DNA of 64,000 nucleotides from positions 108,272-172,271 of the forward strand of contig JADLCI010000007.1 of NCBI GenBank assembly GCA_020847275.1, read 5' to 3'. Position 1 is the stretch's first letter, and each line of letters begins with the position of its first letter. The position numbers and the translations under genes were made by a program. Below the pieces are notes generated by a model. The model was not told the origin of the DNA, did not search any database, and worked only from the letters and a program-made list of their open reading frames with translations. This stretch comes from Candidatus Nomurabacteria bacterium. GTDB lineage: Bacteria; Patescibacteriota; Minisyncoccia; Phycocordibacterales; JACOZG01. Positions 19,768-29,144 of the stretch are shown one piece after another.

Positions 19768-20631
19768 ATGAATAAACAAGAAATTAGTCAGAAAATAGAA
19801 GAGTTGGAGAGCGAAATGCAGAAAGCCGGTTTCTGGTCCGACAAGATTAGGGCGCAAGAAGTGATTAAGATGGTGGCGGAGATGAAGCAGGATTTATTGG
19901 GGGGAGAGAAGTATGATTCGGGTAATGCGGTGATTACCATTTTCTCCGGAGCAGGCGGAGATGATGCTGAAGATTTCTCGGCCATGCTATTACGGATGTA
20001 TCAACGTTTCGCTGAGAAGCGCGGTTTCGGTATGAGTCTCATTCATGAGAACCAGAATGACCACGGCGGCTATCGGAATATCACTTTCTTGATGCAAGGA
20101 AAAGGGGCTTATGGTATATTGAAGAATGAGTCTGGTGTTCACCGACTCGTTCGTGTCTCACCATTCAACGCCAAGCAGGCGCGGCACACCTCTTTCTCGC
20201 TGGTGGAAGTAATTCCCGAGATGAAGAAGAGTGAACTGGTGAAAATTTTACCCGATGATTTGAAAATAGAATTCTCTCGTTCAAGCGGTCCGGGCGGACA
20301 GAATGTGAATAAGCGAGAGACGGCGGTTCGGATTGTTCATCTGCCCACAGGACTCTCGGCTCACTCTGGGGCGGAGCGTTCTCAGGAACGTAATCGGGAA
20401 AGGGCGCTTCAGATTCTCTCTGGTAAACTTTATCGTCGTCAGGAAGAAGAGCGCGAGGCGAAGGAGAAGGGGATGTATATCTCCAAGACGACAGAAATTG
20501 AATGGGGGAATCAGATTCGGTCTTACGTTCTACATCCATACAAGATGGTTAAGGATCATCGTAGCGGGGTAGAAACCAATCAAGTTGATAAAGTTTTGGA
20601 CGGTGAGATTGATTTGTTTTTGTCTCAATAA
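19768..20631 (+). CDS. prfB: Peptide chain release factor, RF2-type, unusually short (287 aa) and encoded without the programmed +1 frameshift
   Basis: SPF codon-recognition motif (RVSPFNAKQ) and GGQ (SGPGGQNVNK). The true start MNKQEIS is 12 nt after tRNA-Thr, so there is no room for a frameshift window. Domain 1 is about 60 aa shorter than E. coli RF2. Confidence 0.7.
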   Translation: MNKQEISQKIEELESEMQKAGFWSDKIRAQEVIKMVAEMKQDLLGGEKYDSGNAVITIFSGAGGDDAEDFSAMLLRMYQRFAEKRGFGMSLIHENQNDHGGYRNITFLMQGKGAYGILKNESGVHRLVRVSPFNAKQARHTSFSLVEVIPEMKKSELVKILPDDLKIEFSRSSGPGGQNVNKRETAVRIVHLPTGLSAHSGAERSQERNRERALQILSGKLYRRQEEEREAKEKGMYISKTTEIEWGNQIRSYVLHPYKMVKDHRSGVETNQVDKVLDGEIDLFLSQ

Positions 20632-20642
20632 AAAATTTCCTA

Positions 20643-21323
20643 ATGATTTACTTTGATAAAGTCAGTAAGATTTATCCCGACAGCTCGGTTGGTCTTGAGG
20701 AGGCGACCTTTACCGTTGAGCCGGGACAGTTTGTTTCCATTGTTGGTCATTCTGGCGCTGGCAAGTCCACCCTTCTCAAGATGATTCTGGCGGAAGAGAA
20801 ACCATCGGCAGGTAAAGTCTTCTTCAACTCATTAGATATTCATGAATTGCCGCCAAGAGAGGTGCCAGAATTGCGCCGGCGTATCGGGAGTGTGTTTCAA
20901 GATTTCCGTCTCTTACCGAACAAGACCATTTTTGAGAATATCGCTTTCGTAATGGAGACGGCTGGTCGCACCGACGAAGAGATTGCCGCTGATGTGCCCC
21001 ACGTGCTTGAACTCGTTGGCCTTGAACACAAGATCTGGAGTTTCCCGTCGCAACTCTCCAGTGGTGAAAGACAAAGGGTCGCAATTGCTCGGGCAATTGT
21101 GAATCAGCCGGAACTTCTTCTTGCCGATGAACCCACCGGTAATCTTGATCCCATCAACACCTTTGAAATCATCGATATTATGAGTAAAATTAATGCGCTT
21201 GGTACGACGGTAATTATGACCACACACAATAAGGGGGTAATTGATAGTCTCGGACGACGTGTGATCACGCTGGAAAAAGGTCGGATTACTCGGGACGACA
21301 AATCTGGTAAGTATGTTTTATAA
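20643..21323 (+). CDS. ftsE: Cell-division ABC ATPase FtsE
   Basis: Walker A GHSGAGKST. ABC signature LSSGERQR. Followed by ftsX. Confidence 0.85.
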   Translation: MIYFDKVSKIYPDSSVGLEEATFTVEPGQFVSIVGHSGAGKSTLLKMILAEEKPSAGKVFFNSLDIHELPPREVPELRRRIGSVFQDFRLLPNKTIFENIAFVMETAGRTDEEIAADVPHVLELVGLEHKIWSFPSQLSSGERQRVAIARAIVNQPELLLADEPTGNLDPINTFEIIDIMSKINALGTTVIMTTHNKGVIDSLGRRVITLEKGRITRDDKSGKYVL

Positions 21324-21334
21324 AAAAATAACAA

Positions 21335-22252
21335 ATGCTAACTACTAAACTTCGTCGTATTGCTTGGTCGGGTTTCCTCAATTTCTTCCGGACACCGGTG
21401 GTGGCACTGGCTTCGGTGATTACGCTTACGGTTACCCTCTTTGTGATCGGCTCTTTGGTCCTTGCCAACGCTTTCTTCTCCGCCTCGATAGCGGAAGTTC
21501 AGAGGAAAGTAGATATAAGTGTATCGTTCAAACAAGATGTGGAGGAAAGCCGGATTCTGGAGGTGAAGAATTCTCTCGAACTTCTACCGGAGGTTAAGGA
21601 AGTGGCGTACAGTTCCCGAGAGCAAGAATTGGCCGACTTTCGTTCCCGCAATGCCAGCAATGCCCTAGAGCTACAGTTACTTGATGAACTTGGTAATCCT
21701 TTTGGTGCTAGGTTAAATATTCGTGCCGCCGACCCGGTTCATTATGAGAGTATTGCTAAATTTCTTGATAATGAAAGTGGTTCCGCCAGTAACCTCGCGG
21801 TGATTGATAAGATTAGTTTCAAGCGTGATGTGGTGGATCGTTTAATTTCTCTCGTCCGTACGGCCAAGAGAATTGGCTTCGCCACGACGCTTCTATTTGT
21901 CTTCATTTCGCTTGTCGTTACGTTCAATACAATTTCTCTCGCTATTTATATCTCACGAGAAGAAATTTCCCTAATGAAACTGGTTGGCGCGAGTCCGAAC
22001 CACATCCGTGGACCTTTTCTCGTCGAGGGGATTATCTCCGGTGTTATTTCGGCCTTGCTCGCGTTGCTCCTGCTTTACCCTGCGACTATCTGGCTTCGAG
22101 ATATCACTTCTAGTATTTACGGTGGTTTGAATTTGGCAACCTATTTCTCTAGCCACTTTGCGACCCTGCTTGGACTCTTGCTCGTTTCTGGGGTGATTCT
22201 CGGGGTGTTGGCAAGTTTTATGGCTACTCGACAGCACTTGAAACGACAATAG
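21335..22252 (+). CDS. ftsX: Cell-division permease-like protein FtsX
   Basis: Four TM helices, a large extracytoplasmic loop, and synteny after ftsE. Confidence 0.75.
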   Translation: MLTTKLRRIAWSGFLNFFRTPVVALASVITLTVTLFVIGSLVLANAFFSASIAEVQRKVDISVSFKQDVEESRILEVKNSLELLPEVKEVAYSSREQELADFRSRNASNALELQLLDELGNPFGARLNIRAADPVHYESIAKFLDNESGSASNLAVIDKISFKRDVVDRLISLVRTAKRIGFATTLLFVFISLVVTFNTISLAIYISREEISLMKLVGASPNHIRGPFLVEGIISGVISALLALLLLYPATIWLRDITSSIYGGLNLATYFSSHFATLLGLLLVSGVILGVLASFMATRQHLKRQ

Positions 22253-22253
22253 T

Positions 22254-22994
22254 TTATTGCTCAATCTGGGCGGTGATTCGATCTACAAGTCGATAAAACG
22301 ATTCACTCCGCTTTTCTCGTGGTCGAGGTAGGTCAATAGAGAAGGTTGCCTTCACCCTGCCCGGTTGAGGCGAGAAGACGATTATTTCATCAGCGAGGGA
22401 CACCGCCTCCTCAATTAAGTGGGTTACTAGTAGTATTGTCATGCCGTATTTCTGCCAAATTCTAGTAATATCTTCTTGCAGGTGTGTCGCATTAAAACTG
22501 TCGAGCGCGGAAAAAGGTTCATCCATCAAGAGAATTTCAGGGTGGACGGCCAGTGCTCTGGCAATACCCACTCTCTGACGCTGACCGCCAGATAACTCGC
22601 GCGGGTAAGCGTGGGAGAAATTGGTTAAGCCAACCTCTTCAATTTTGTTACGAACAATACGCTCCTGTTCGTGAGATGGGAGATTTCCCCGCATCTTGAG
22701 TCCGAATGCAACATTCTCGCGGACGGTTAGCCAGGGGAAAATGGCGAAGTGTTGGAAGACCATTGCCTCGGTCTCATAGTGGCGCACGATTTCACCGTGT
22801 TCGGCTTTAATTAGTCCGGCAATAATTCGCAAGAGGGTGGACTTGCCGCAACCGGAGGGGCCGACCAGAGCAACAAGTTTTCCAGATCGTACCTTGAAAC
22901 TCACATTGAGTAGACCCCTCAATTCCCGGCGGTGTTCATCGTGGAAAGAATGGGATACATTACTAACTTCTAAAATATGGTTTTTATTCTCCAT
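22254..22994 (-). CDS. ABC transporter ATP-binding protein (SsuB/TauB/NitT-like)
   Basis: Walker A GPSGCGKST. Signature LSGGQRQR. Walker B LLMDEPFSALD. Confidence 0.8.
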   Translation of the reverse strand: MENKNHILEVSNVSHSFHDEHRRELRGLLNVSFKVRSGKLVALVGPSGCGKSTLLRIIAGLIKAEHGEIVRHYETEAMVFQHFAIFPWLTVRENVAFGLKMRGNLPSHEQERIVRNKIEEVGLTNFSHAYPRELSGGQRQRVGIARALAVHPEILLMDEPFSALDSFNATHLQEDITRIWQKYGMTILLVTHLIEEAVSLADEIIVFSPQPGRVKATFSIDLPRPREKRSESFYRLVDRITAQIEQ

Positions 22995-23718
22995 AAGATT
23001 GTGCGCGACGAAGCAGTGGTGTCCAAATTGCCCGGTTTATCACGAAGACGAGAAAGAGGATGAGACCAATACCGGCCCAGAGGACAGCCGTTTCACCCTT
23101 CTCCCCAGCTTGAGTGAGGAAGACACCGATACCGTTGGGAAAGCCGATAATTTCAATTCCAATGATTGCCTCCCAGCCGACACTGATACCCACCAGAGAA
23201 CCAGTGATGATGGCGGGAAAGGAAAGGGGGATGAGGTAGTGCCAGATTCTTTTATTTCCCGTGGCGCCGAAGATGGTGGCCGCTTCATTGAGTTCTGCGC
23301 GGGCGAGGTGAATTGCGTTTAGGACATAGAAAAGGATTGGCCAGATGATTGCGGTGGCGGCGAAGACAACGGCCATAGTATTGGTATAGCCAAACAATAA
23401 GATAAAGACAGGGATGAGGGCGAAAGACGGTACATTTTGGAGGAGATCAAAAAGAGGGAGAAGAAAAGCGCCCAGTCTGGTTCCGCCGATTGTGACCGCG
23501 AAGCCGACGGCGATGACTAAGGAAATGGCGTAGGCTAGGATAAGTCGGGAGAACGAAAGCGCAAGACTGGTAAGGAGTTCGATATTTGTCGCCGCACCAA
23601 GTCGTCCGAGCCAGAAGAGAAGAGCGAGTGGGACGAAAAGGGCGATGACGATTAGCCACAAATGGAAGCGATGGCGGTAGATTTTTATACCATGTGAAGA
23701 GTGGATCATTACTGACAT
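22984..23718 (-). CDS. ABC transporter permease (SsuC/TauC-like); no cognate binding protein in the operon
   Basis: Six TM helices, EAA-like loop, canonical C-terminal ...INRAIWTPLLRRA. Confidence 0.75.
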   Translation of the reverse strand: MSVMIHSSHGIKIYRHRFHLWLIVIALFVPLALLFWLGRLGAATNIELLTSLALSFSRLILAYAISLVIAVGFAVTIGGTRLGAFLLPLFDLLQNVPSFALIPVFILLFGYTNTMAVVFAATAIIWPILFYVLNAIHLARAELNEAATIFGATGNKRIWHYLIPLSFPAIITGSLVGISVGWEAIIGIEIIGFPNGIGVFLTQAGEKGETAVLWAGIGLILFLVFVINRAIWTPLLRRAQSYGE

Positions 23719-23758
23719 TTTACCACTCTTGTGATATTGTGGAAATGTTTTTATGTAT

Positions 23759-23832
23759 TACCGGTTCGTCTAATGGTAGGACAGCGGCCTTTGAAGCCGT
23801 TAATTGGGGTTCGAGTCCCTGACCGGTAGCCA
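23759..23832 (+). tRNA. tRNA-Gln (UUG)
   Basis: U1-A72 acceptor TACCGGT/ACCGGTA + G + encoded CCA. Anticodon stem GCGGC/GCCGT with loop CTTTGAA. Confidence 0.75.
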
Positions 23833-23871
23833 ACACTTTTCAAGCGATAATTCATATTGTAAAATAAAAAT

Positions 23872-24063
23872 ATGTCAGGACCGTATATTATTGCAATCAC
23901 CGTTATTCTCGCCATGATTGCTTTGGCGTTGTCATTTAAGCCAATGAGAAAAACCATAGGATTACTCTTAATAATTCTTGGAGGCCTTGCGTGCATGACT
24001 TTTATCGGTGTAGTAATTGGTATACCAATGATTATTATTGGGGGTCTGATGATGTTTGTGTAA
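23872..24063 (+). CDS. Small 2-TM membrane protein (63 aa), about 40% GC
   Basis: Wholly hydrophobic with two predicted helices. Immediately downstream of tRNA-Gln. Confidence 0.4.
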   Translation: MSGPYIIAITVILAMIALALSFKPMRKTIGLLLIILGGLACMTFIGVVIGIPMIIIGGLMMFV

Positions 24064-24184
24064 TGACCAGAGAGGTTTCAACTTCGTGCCAGACAGTTAG
24101 CAGTCACATGCTAAGTCGAGAGACTGAGACGCAACAGGTCACTATTCCGAAAATTGCATACCTACTGAGAGCAGTAGCCAGGAC

Positions 24185-24212
24185 AAAAAATCACCTTAGG
24201 GGTGATTTTTTG
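24185..24212. terminator. Rho-independent terminator (A-run on plus before the hairpin, T-run after)
   Basis: aaaaaa-tcacc-ttagg-ggtga-tttttt. Confidence 0.6.
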
Positions 24213-24225
24213 TTAGAATCAAGTA

Positions 24226-24918
24226 GTGTCTACACCATCAACTAAAAAATCACTACGCTTCGGGATTGTAGATGACAGTGGCTTACGAGCTGCTACATGG
24301 AATTTGCGATATCAAGTAAGCAATAAAACCGGCCTGCCAGAGGTTTATTTACTTTGTCGAGAACTTCGAGGTGATATACATGCCAGTATGCATCCTTCCG
24401 GAAAATGGCATGTTGCATATCCAGAGGAAGTGTTTGCTCGAAACATTAAAGACATCAGTCCTGAGGGGACAGATAGATTTATCCAAAAGTGGATTAGGCC
24501 TAAGGAGATAAAGCCAGGAATCACCCTTGCTTTCCGTATCATTACACCTTTTAGTGCAGTAAAAACCAAAATCGCTGAGGATGAGAAAGAATTTTTTCGT
24601 ATAGCAAAAGCACCCAATGGCAAGGCGACCAACATCATGATTTTGTTTGTGTCGCCCGACGCCAATTTGTATACTATTAAAGGGTCTGAGGTTATCGGCC
24701 GGGTTTTACTAAATAATGGCGAGAAGGTTATTGCTATACACGAGGTCATAGATATCGTGCCCCCGTTCACCGAAAAGCATCGAGCCAGTCCTAGGTATCT
24801 AAAAGGTAAAAGCAAAAGTGATTTAAGTGGTCCAGATCTGAAGGCCATCATCTTCGGAGATGCTAGCGACGGCTCTAGAGTTATTTGGGATTGTGCTGTA
24901 AATAGTAGTCTTGATTAA
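24226..24918 (+). CDS. Hypothetical protein (230 aa), GTG start, no recognisable domain
   Basis: Long soluble ORF at about 43% GC. A TAGAAT -10-like hexamer lies 7 nt before the GTG, so a leaderless transcript is possible. Confidence 0.45.
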   Translation: MSTPSTKKSLRFGIVDDSGLRAATWNLRYQVSNKTGLPEVYLLCRELRGDIHASMHPSGKWHVAYPEEVFARNIKDISPEGTDRFIQKWIRPKEIKPGITLAFRIITPFSAVKTKIAEDEKEFFRIAKAPNGKATNIMILFVSPDANLYTIKGSEVIGRVLLNNGEKVIAIHEVIDIVPPFTEKHRASPRYLKGKSKSDLSGPDLKAIIFGDASDGSRVIWDCAVNSSLD

Positions 24919-24933
24919 TCTTAGCTTGCGGGG

Positions 24934-25104
24934 ATGTTTATTGGGACCCCAACTTGGGTAGGAAGAAGGATTATTGATTCTCAAAGTACCTACGAAATTA
25001 AGACTGTGTATGCTGTGATTTTACTCGCCGGCATACTTGGGTATCTTCTTAATTTACTTTTCCTGGTTGTGGAGAAAAGGGCATTACACTGGAATGGAAA
25101 ATAA
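24934..25104 (+). pseudogene. Remnant encoding only the C-terminal ~55 aa of an ABC transporter permease (TauC/SsuC-type)
   Basis: Translates to MFIGTPTWVGRRIIDSQSTYEIKTVYAVILLAGILGYLLNLLFLVVEKRALHWNGK, the canonical permease C-terminus. No upstream TM-coding portion exists. Same frame as 24226-24918 but separated from it by two stop codons. Confidence 0.55.
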
Positions 25105-25162
25105 GCTGGTACCGTTTGGTGGAGAATGTTTTCGGTTTTTTTAGAATTAACCACCGTTTTTT

Positions 25163-25816
25163 ATGATCGAAAAAGAAAATAAAGATTTATGTACTTTATA
25201 CATAATTCGCCACGGAGAGACGGAATGGAATCTAAAGAATATTGTGCAGGGACACTCTGACTCCGAACTCACCGAAGCTGGTATTATACAGGTTCAAGAG
25301 GCGGCCGAGGAATTGAAAGAGATTCATTTTGATGCCGTTTTTTCTTCAGATTCTCCTCGTACTGTGCGTACAGCAGAAATTGTTAGACTCGACAGGGAGT
25401 TGATAATTGAAACCTCGAAATTACTTAGAGAAAGAAATTACGGAAGGTTTGAAGGAAAACCCTCGTTTGAATTCAAAGAGGTTCTTCGGAAAAAGCTTGC
25501 TGAGCGCAAGGAAATGTCAGACGAAGAACACTGGGATTTTAGGCTTGCCGATGACATTGAAACAGATGGGGAACTAATGACTAGATTTATTACCCAAATA
25601 AGAGAGATCTCTGTGGCGTACCCCGGCAAGACAGTTTTGGTTGTAACTCATGGCGGGTGCATTAGAAATTTTCTTATCAGGACCGGGTACTTTAACCGGA
25701 GAGATCTCCCCTCTGGTTCGTTTAAAAATGCCGGATATGTTAAGGTCCTTTCAGATGGTGTAGATTTCTTTATTCAATTGGTCAGGGGGGTTGAGACACC
25801 CGGGGATAGCAAATAA
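25163..25816 (+). CDS. Histidine phosphatase family protein (phosphoglycerate mutase-like)
   Basis: RHGE motif (YIIRHGETEWN). Downstream His (TVLVVTHGG). Confidence 0.75.
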   Translation: MIEKENKDLCTLYIIRHGETEWNLKNIVQGHSDSELTEAGIIQVQEAAEELKEIHFDAVFSSDSPRTVRTAEIVRLDRELIIETSKLLRERNYGRFEGKPSFEFKEVLRKKLAERKEMSDEEHWDFRLADDIETDGELMTRFITQIREISVAYPGKTVLVVTHGGCIRNFLIRTGYFNRRDLPSGSFKNAGYVKVLSDGVDFFIQLVRGVETPGDSK

Positions 25817-25872
25817 GGGTCCCAACTTCGTATTGGAGGTTAGTAAGTAAGTTTTCTAGTATAATCACAAAC

Positions 25873-26133
25873 ATGTCTTTCAAATCAGAAAAGATCTCAT
25901 TACTAATATTGGGCATAACAGCTATCCTGTGTTCCAGGGCGATGTTCTGGTTTTTCGATGACCCTGAAGGACCAAATCTTCTAATCGTTATGGTGGTGGC
26001 CATGGTGGTATATTTTTTATCTTTGGTGGTGTCTTCCGTTTTTTCATTCACGGGCCTCAAGAGACTCTTGTCCACCATTTTAATTCAGATGATGACGGTC
26101 ACCAGTTTATATTTCTGTCTGTTATACTTTTAA
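25873..26133 (+). CDS. Small hypothetical membrane protein
   Basis: Three hydrophobic helices, 86 aa. Confidence 0.35.
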   Translation: MSFKSEKISLLILGITAILCSRAMFWFFDDPEGPNLLIVMVVAMVVYFLSLVVSSVFSFTGLKRLLSTILIQMMTVTSLYFCLLYF

Positions 26134-26134
26134 G

Positions 26135-26656
26135 ATGAAGGTTACATCAGATCTCACGAAGCTTTATCCGGAGATTGATATCAACAGCGATGGTGGTCCC
26201 GATGCATACAGAGAGGGGTTGCCCATTGTCGAACGTGATCCCGTGGCGGTCATTATCAAACATCCATCTGAAAATCAGTATCTCCTCGCAGAGTGGAAAC
26301 AAGCGGAATGGCGCGGATTTCTAACTGGCGGCATTGAAAAGGGGGATTCATTGGAGAAGACCGTTCGTAAAGAAATTCATGAAGAGACGGGGTACAAAAA
26401 TGTTTCCGAAATTATTGCCACAAATTTTGTCTCCCATGCTTTGTTTTTTCATCCGGTAAAGAATGTTAACCGCCTGGCGCACTATCGTCTTGTCTTTGCG
26501 AGACTGGCCGATCTTGAGAGGGAGAATGTTTCTGAGGAAGAAGGTAGGATTGCTGACTTTGTCTGGGTTCCCCACGATGAGGTGCTGGAAATACTGACAC
26601 GTAGGGACATGAAACTACTTTGGAATTTTTATATAAATAACCTAAAAGATTTTTGA
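26135..26656 (+). CDS. NUDIX hydrolase
   Basis: Nudix box GGIEKGDSLEKTVRKEIHEETGY. Confidence 0.7.
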   Translation: MKVTSDLTKLYPEIDINSDGGPDAYREGLPIVERDPVAVIIKHPSENQYLLAEWKQAEWRGFLTGGIEKGDSLEKTVRKEIHEETGYKNVSEIIATNFVSHALFFHPVKNVNRLAHYRLVFARLADLERENVSEEEGRIADFVWVPHDEVLEILTRRDMKLLWNFYINNLKDF

Positions 26657-26675
26657 CTGTGTTATCATACAAACA

Positions 26676-26909
26676 ATGTTGAACGATGAACTTAAAGCGA
26701 GGGTTAGAAACCAGACTACTGGCTATATTGCGGCGGCCCTTTCTCTGGTGGCCGGTCTTGCTTGGAATGACGCCATCAGGTCCCTGATTGAGGTTCTCTT
26801 TCCTCTGGATACGTCGGGAATTTTGATTAAGTTTGTGTACGCGATCATTATCACTGTGGTTGTTGTGTTTGTGAGCACTTCAATCCTGAAATCATCGGAC
26901 AAGAAGTGA
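26676..26909 (+). CDS. Small 2-TM membrane protein
   Basis: 77 aa with two hydrophobic segments. Confidence 0.35.
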   Translation: MLNDELKARVRNQTTGYIAAALSLVAGLAWNDAIRSLIEVLFPLDTSGILIKFVYAIIITVVVVFVSTSILKSSDKK

Positions 26910-27122
26910 TTTAATTGTTGGCTGTCTTTCTACGTGGTATGATTTAACACAATGAATAAGTTTCAGAGCCGTACTCCTGTTGTCGTGCGGGGCAGTGTTG
27001 GTTGTGGTTCGACCGGTGTTCGGGATTTCGGACTATTTTTAGCCTCGCTCTCGGTTGTGTTTTTCGGCCGAGATCGTTGGTCGGTCGACAGCAGAATCTA
27101 GTTTGTCGATCGTTAATCTACC

Positions 27123-27749
27123 ATGATTCTTTCTTTCGTTAATATGGTTACCGTCACTGTTCTAAGTTTCGGCGTGGCGGGGGTTTTTTTGGCTGGGGTG
27201 TTGGAGGAGGTTGTTGTGCCCATTCCTTCGGCTTTAACGATGATGGCGGCAGGCTTCTTTTTCCTGGGTGGGCAACCATTGGTCGAAAGCACGCTCATTG
27301 TTTTATTTGTTCGTGTGGCGATACCCCTTGCGCTTGGTTTAACTGTCGGGTCACTCTTTACTTATTGGTTGGCCTGGCGTTTCGGCCGTCCGGTCGTAGA
27401 GCGTTTTGGGCACTATGTCGGCATTAGTTGGACGGATATCGAGGGGCTAGAGAAGCGCTTAGAGAAAAATCGGAGTCAATCTGTCACCATTTTTAGTTTG
27501 CGAGTTTTTCCACTTTTACCAAGCGTGGTCATTAATATTTTTTGTGGCCTCACGAGGCTACCGTTTTGGCGTTATTGTTCCATTACTTTTAGTGGAGTGG
27601 TTATTCGGTCCTATATACTTGCTCTTGTCGGTTGGCAACTTGGTTCGGTCTACCACCACTATGCCCGCTATTTCGAGAAGATTGAGTTTATTGGTTTAAT
27701 TATCGTCGTCTTTTTTCTGGTTTTTTTCTACATCAGGCGTAAGAAATAG
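27123..27749 (+). CDS. DedA/SNARE-associated (VTT domain) membrane protein
   Basis: VTT-domain core (FGRPVVERFG...LRVFPLLPSVVINIFCGLTRLPFWRY). Confidence 0.75.
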   Translation: MILSFVNMVTVTVLSFGVAGVFLAGVLEEVVVPIPSALTMMAAGFFFLGGQPLVESTLIVLFVRVAIPLALGLTVGSLFTYWLAWRFGRPVVERFGHYVGISWTDIEGLEKRLEKNRSQSVTIFSLRVFPLLPSVVINIFCGLTRLPFWRYCSITFSGVVIRSYILALVGWQLGSVYHHYARYFEKIEFIGLIIVVFFLVFFYIRRKK

Positions 27750-27790
27750 GACTTCTTGCGCTTGCTCGGAGAAAAGCTATAATAATCCTT

Positions 27791-28567
27791 ATGACTGATA
27801 AACTAAAAAATTATTTGGGGTGGGTAATTATTATCGTTCTCTTTATCTTGGCGGGCGCCGCTTGGCGTTATTCGGGCGCCTACGCACGTTCAATTCAGCC
27901 GGGCTCCTTTCGAAGTTTTGCCGCTAGCGGTCAGGGCAAGGTCGTCATTGTGCCAGATGTTGCGGAATTCTCCTTCAGTGTTCTCACTGAGGGGTCGTTA
28001 GATATTGCTAAGTTGCAGGCCGATAACACCAGTAAGATTAACCAGGCGATTGATTTTCTAAAACAGCAAGGGATTGAGGCGAAGGATATCAAGACTGCCG
28101 GTTATAATCTATCACCCAGATATCAAACTGGTTTTTGTCGCGAACTTTGCCCGCCACCCTCAATTGTTGGTTATTCCATCAATCAGACGGTTGAGGTCAA
28201 AATTTTGAAGGATAGTTTTGTGAAGATCGGAGACATTCTGGCTGGAGTAGTTAAACAGGGTGCAAACAGTGTCTCACAATTGAATTTTACCGTGGACGAT
28301 CGCCTGGTCGCTGAGAATGAAGCAAGGTCAGAGGCAATTACTCAGGCGAAGACGAAAGCGAAAGCCATTGCCAAAGCGGCCGGTTTCTCACTTGGTGAGT
28401 TGCTGGCGATTGAGGAGGGATTTAATGATTTTCCCCGGTTTTATGGTTTAGAGGCAAGTAAGATGGGTATGGGGGGCGACATGGTTGCTTCTGCGCCTGC
28501 GCCCGTGGTTGAACCTGGGTCACAGGAAATTGTGGTGAATGTGACCCTTCGCTACGAGATTGACTAG
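27791..28567 (+). CDS. SIMPL-domain (DUF541, BP26/OMP28-like) periplasmic protein
   Basis: N-terminal TM or signal. KVVIVPDVAEFSFSV...GYSINQTVEVKI pattern typical of SIMPL. Confidence 0.65.
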   Translation: MTDKLKNYLGWVIIIVLFILAGAAWRYSGAYARSIQPGSFRSFAASGQGKVVIVPDVAEFSFSVLTEGSLDIAKLQADNTSKINQAIDFLKQQGIEAKDIKTAGYNLSPRYQTGFCRELCPPPSIVGYSINQTVEVKILKDSFVKIGDILAGVVKQGANSVSQLNFTVDDRLVAENEARSEAITQAKTKAKAIAKAAGFSLGELLAIEEGFNDFPRFYGLEASKMGMGGDMVASAPAPVVEPGSQEIVVNVTLRYEID

Positions 28568-28631
28568 GCTAGCGACTACTGCTAGTCTCAAGACAGACCG
28601 CTCATTTTAACAAGAAAGGAGGTGAGGTCTA

Positions 28632-29099
28632 ATGCCCTGGTATATTTGGGCGCCAGCCCTGCTGATTTCAATTGTGGTGACTGGTTTTGTCCTGTGGCCA
28701 CGCCTGTGGCCACGAAGTTATAGCCGGGCTGATCTTGAACCAGTTGCACAGCCCGATCCGGTCGTTGAACCGATCTCGATTTCTCCCGATTTCGTCTTGG
28801 TTGGTGGTCGGATGGTTTGTTTCCGTCGTCTACCTAAAGAGATGAATGATACCGAGATTCGTTCTATGTTGTCTGACCTGGGTTTAATCGAGTCTACTCG
28901 AGAAGTTTTGGAACGAGTGTTGGAAGATCATCCAAACTTCTGTCCTCGAGGAAGGATCCTTCTTCTGAAGGAAGACGGCAACAACGGAGCCGCTTTTGTG
29001 TTTATCAAACCGGAAAACGGGGGACTAGGGGTTAATTTGTTTCCTTCGGGTTTTCCCCGTATACACCCTGAGGGAGACTGGATTATCGCAATGGCGTAA
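28632..29099 (+). CDS. Hypothetical protein with an N-terminal TM helix
   Basis: Strong SD AAAGGAGGTGA before the ATG. No recognisable domain. Confidence 0.4.
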   Translation: MPWYIWAPALLISIVVTGFVLWPRLWPRSYSRADLEPVAQPDPVVEPISISPDFVLVGGRMVCFRRLPKEMNDTEIRSMLSDLGLIESTREVLERVLEDHPNFCPRGRILLLKEDGNNGAAFVFIKPENGGLGVNLFPSGFPRIHPEGDWIIAMA

Positions 29100-29112
29100 G
29101 GCCGTCCACAAA

Positions 29113-29144
29113 TGTGCCCACTGGTAAAACAGTGGGCATTTTTT
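29113..29144 (+). terminator. Rho-independent terminator
   Basis: tgcccactg-gtaaaa-cagtgggca followed by TTTTTT. Abuts the stop of the convergent yqeY-like gene. Confidence 0.75.
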
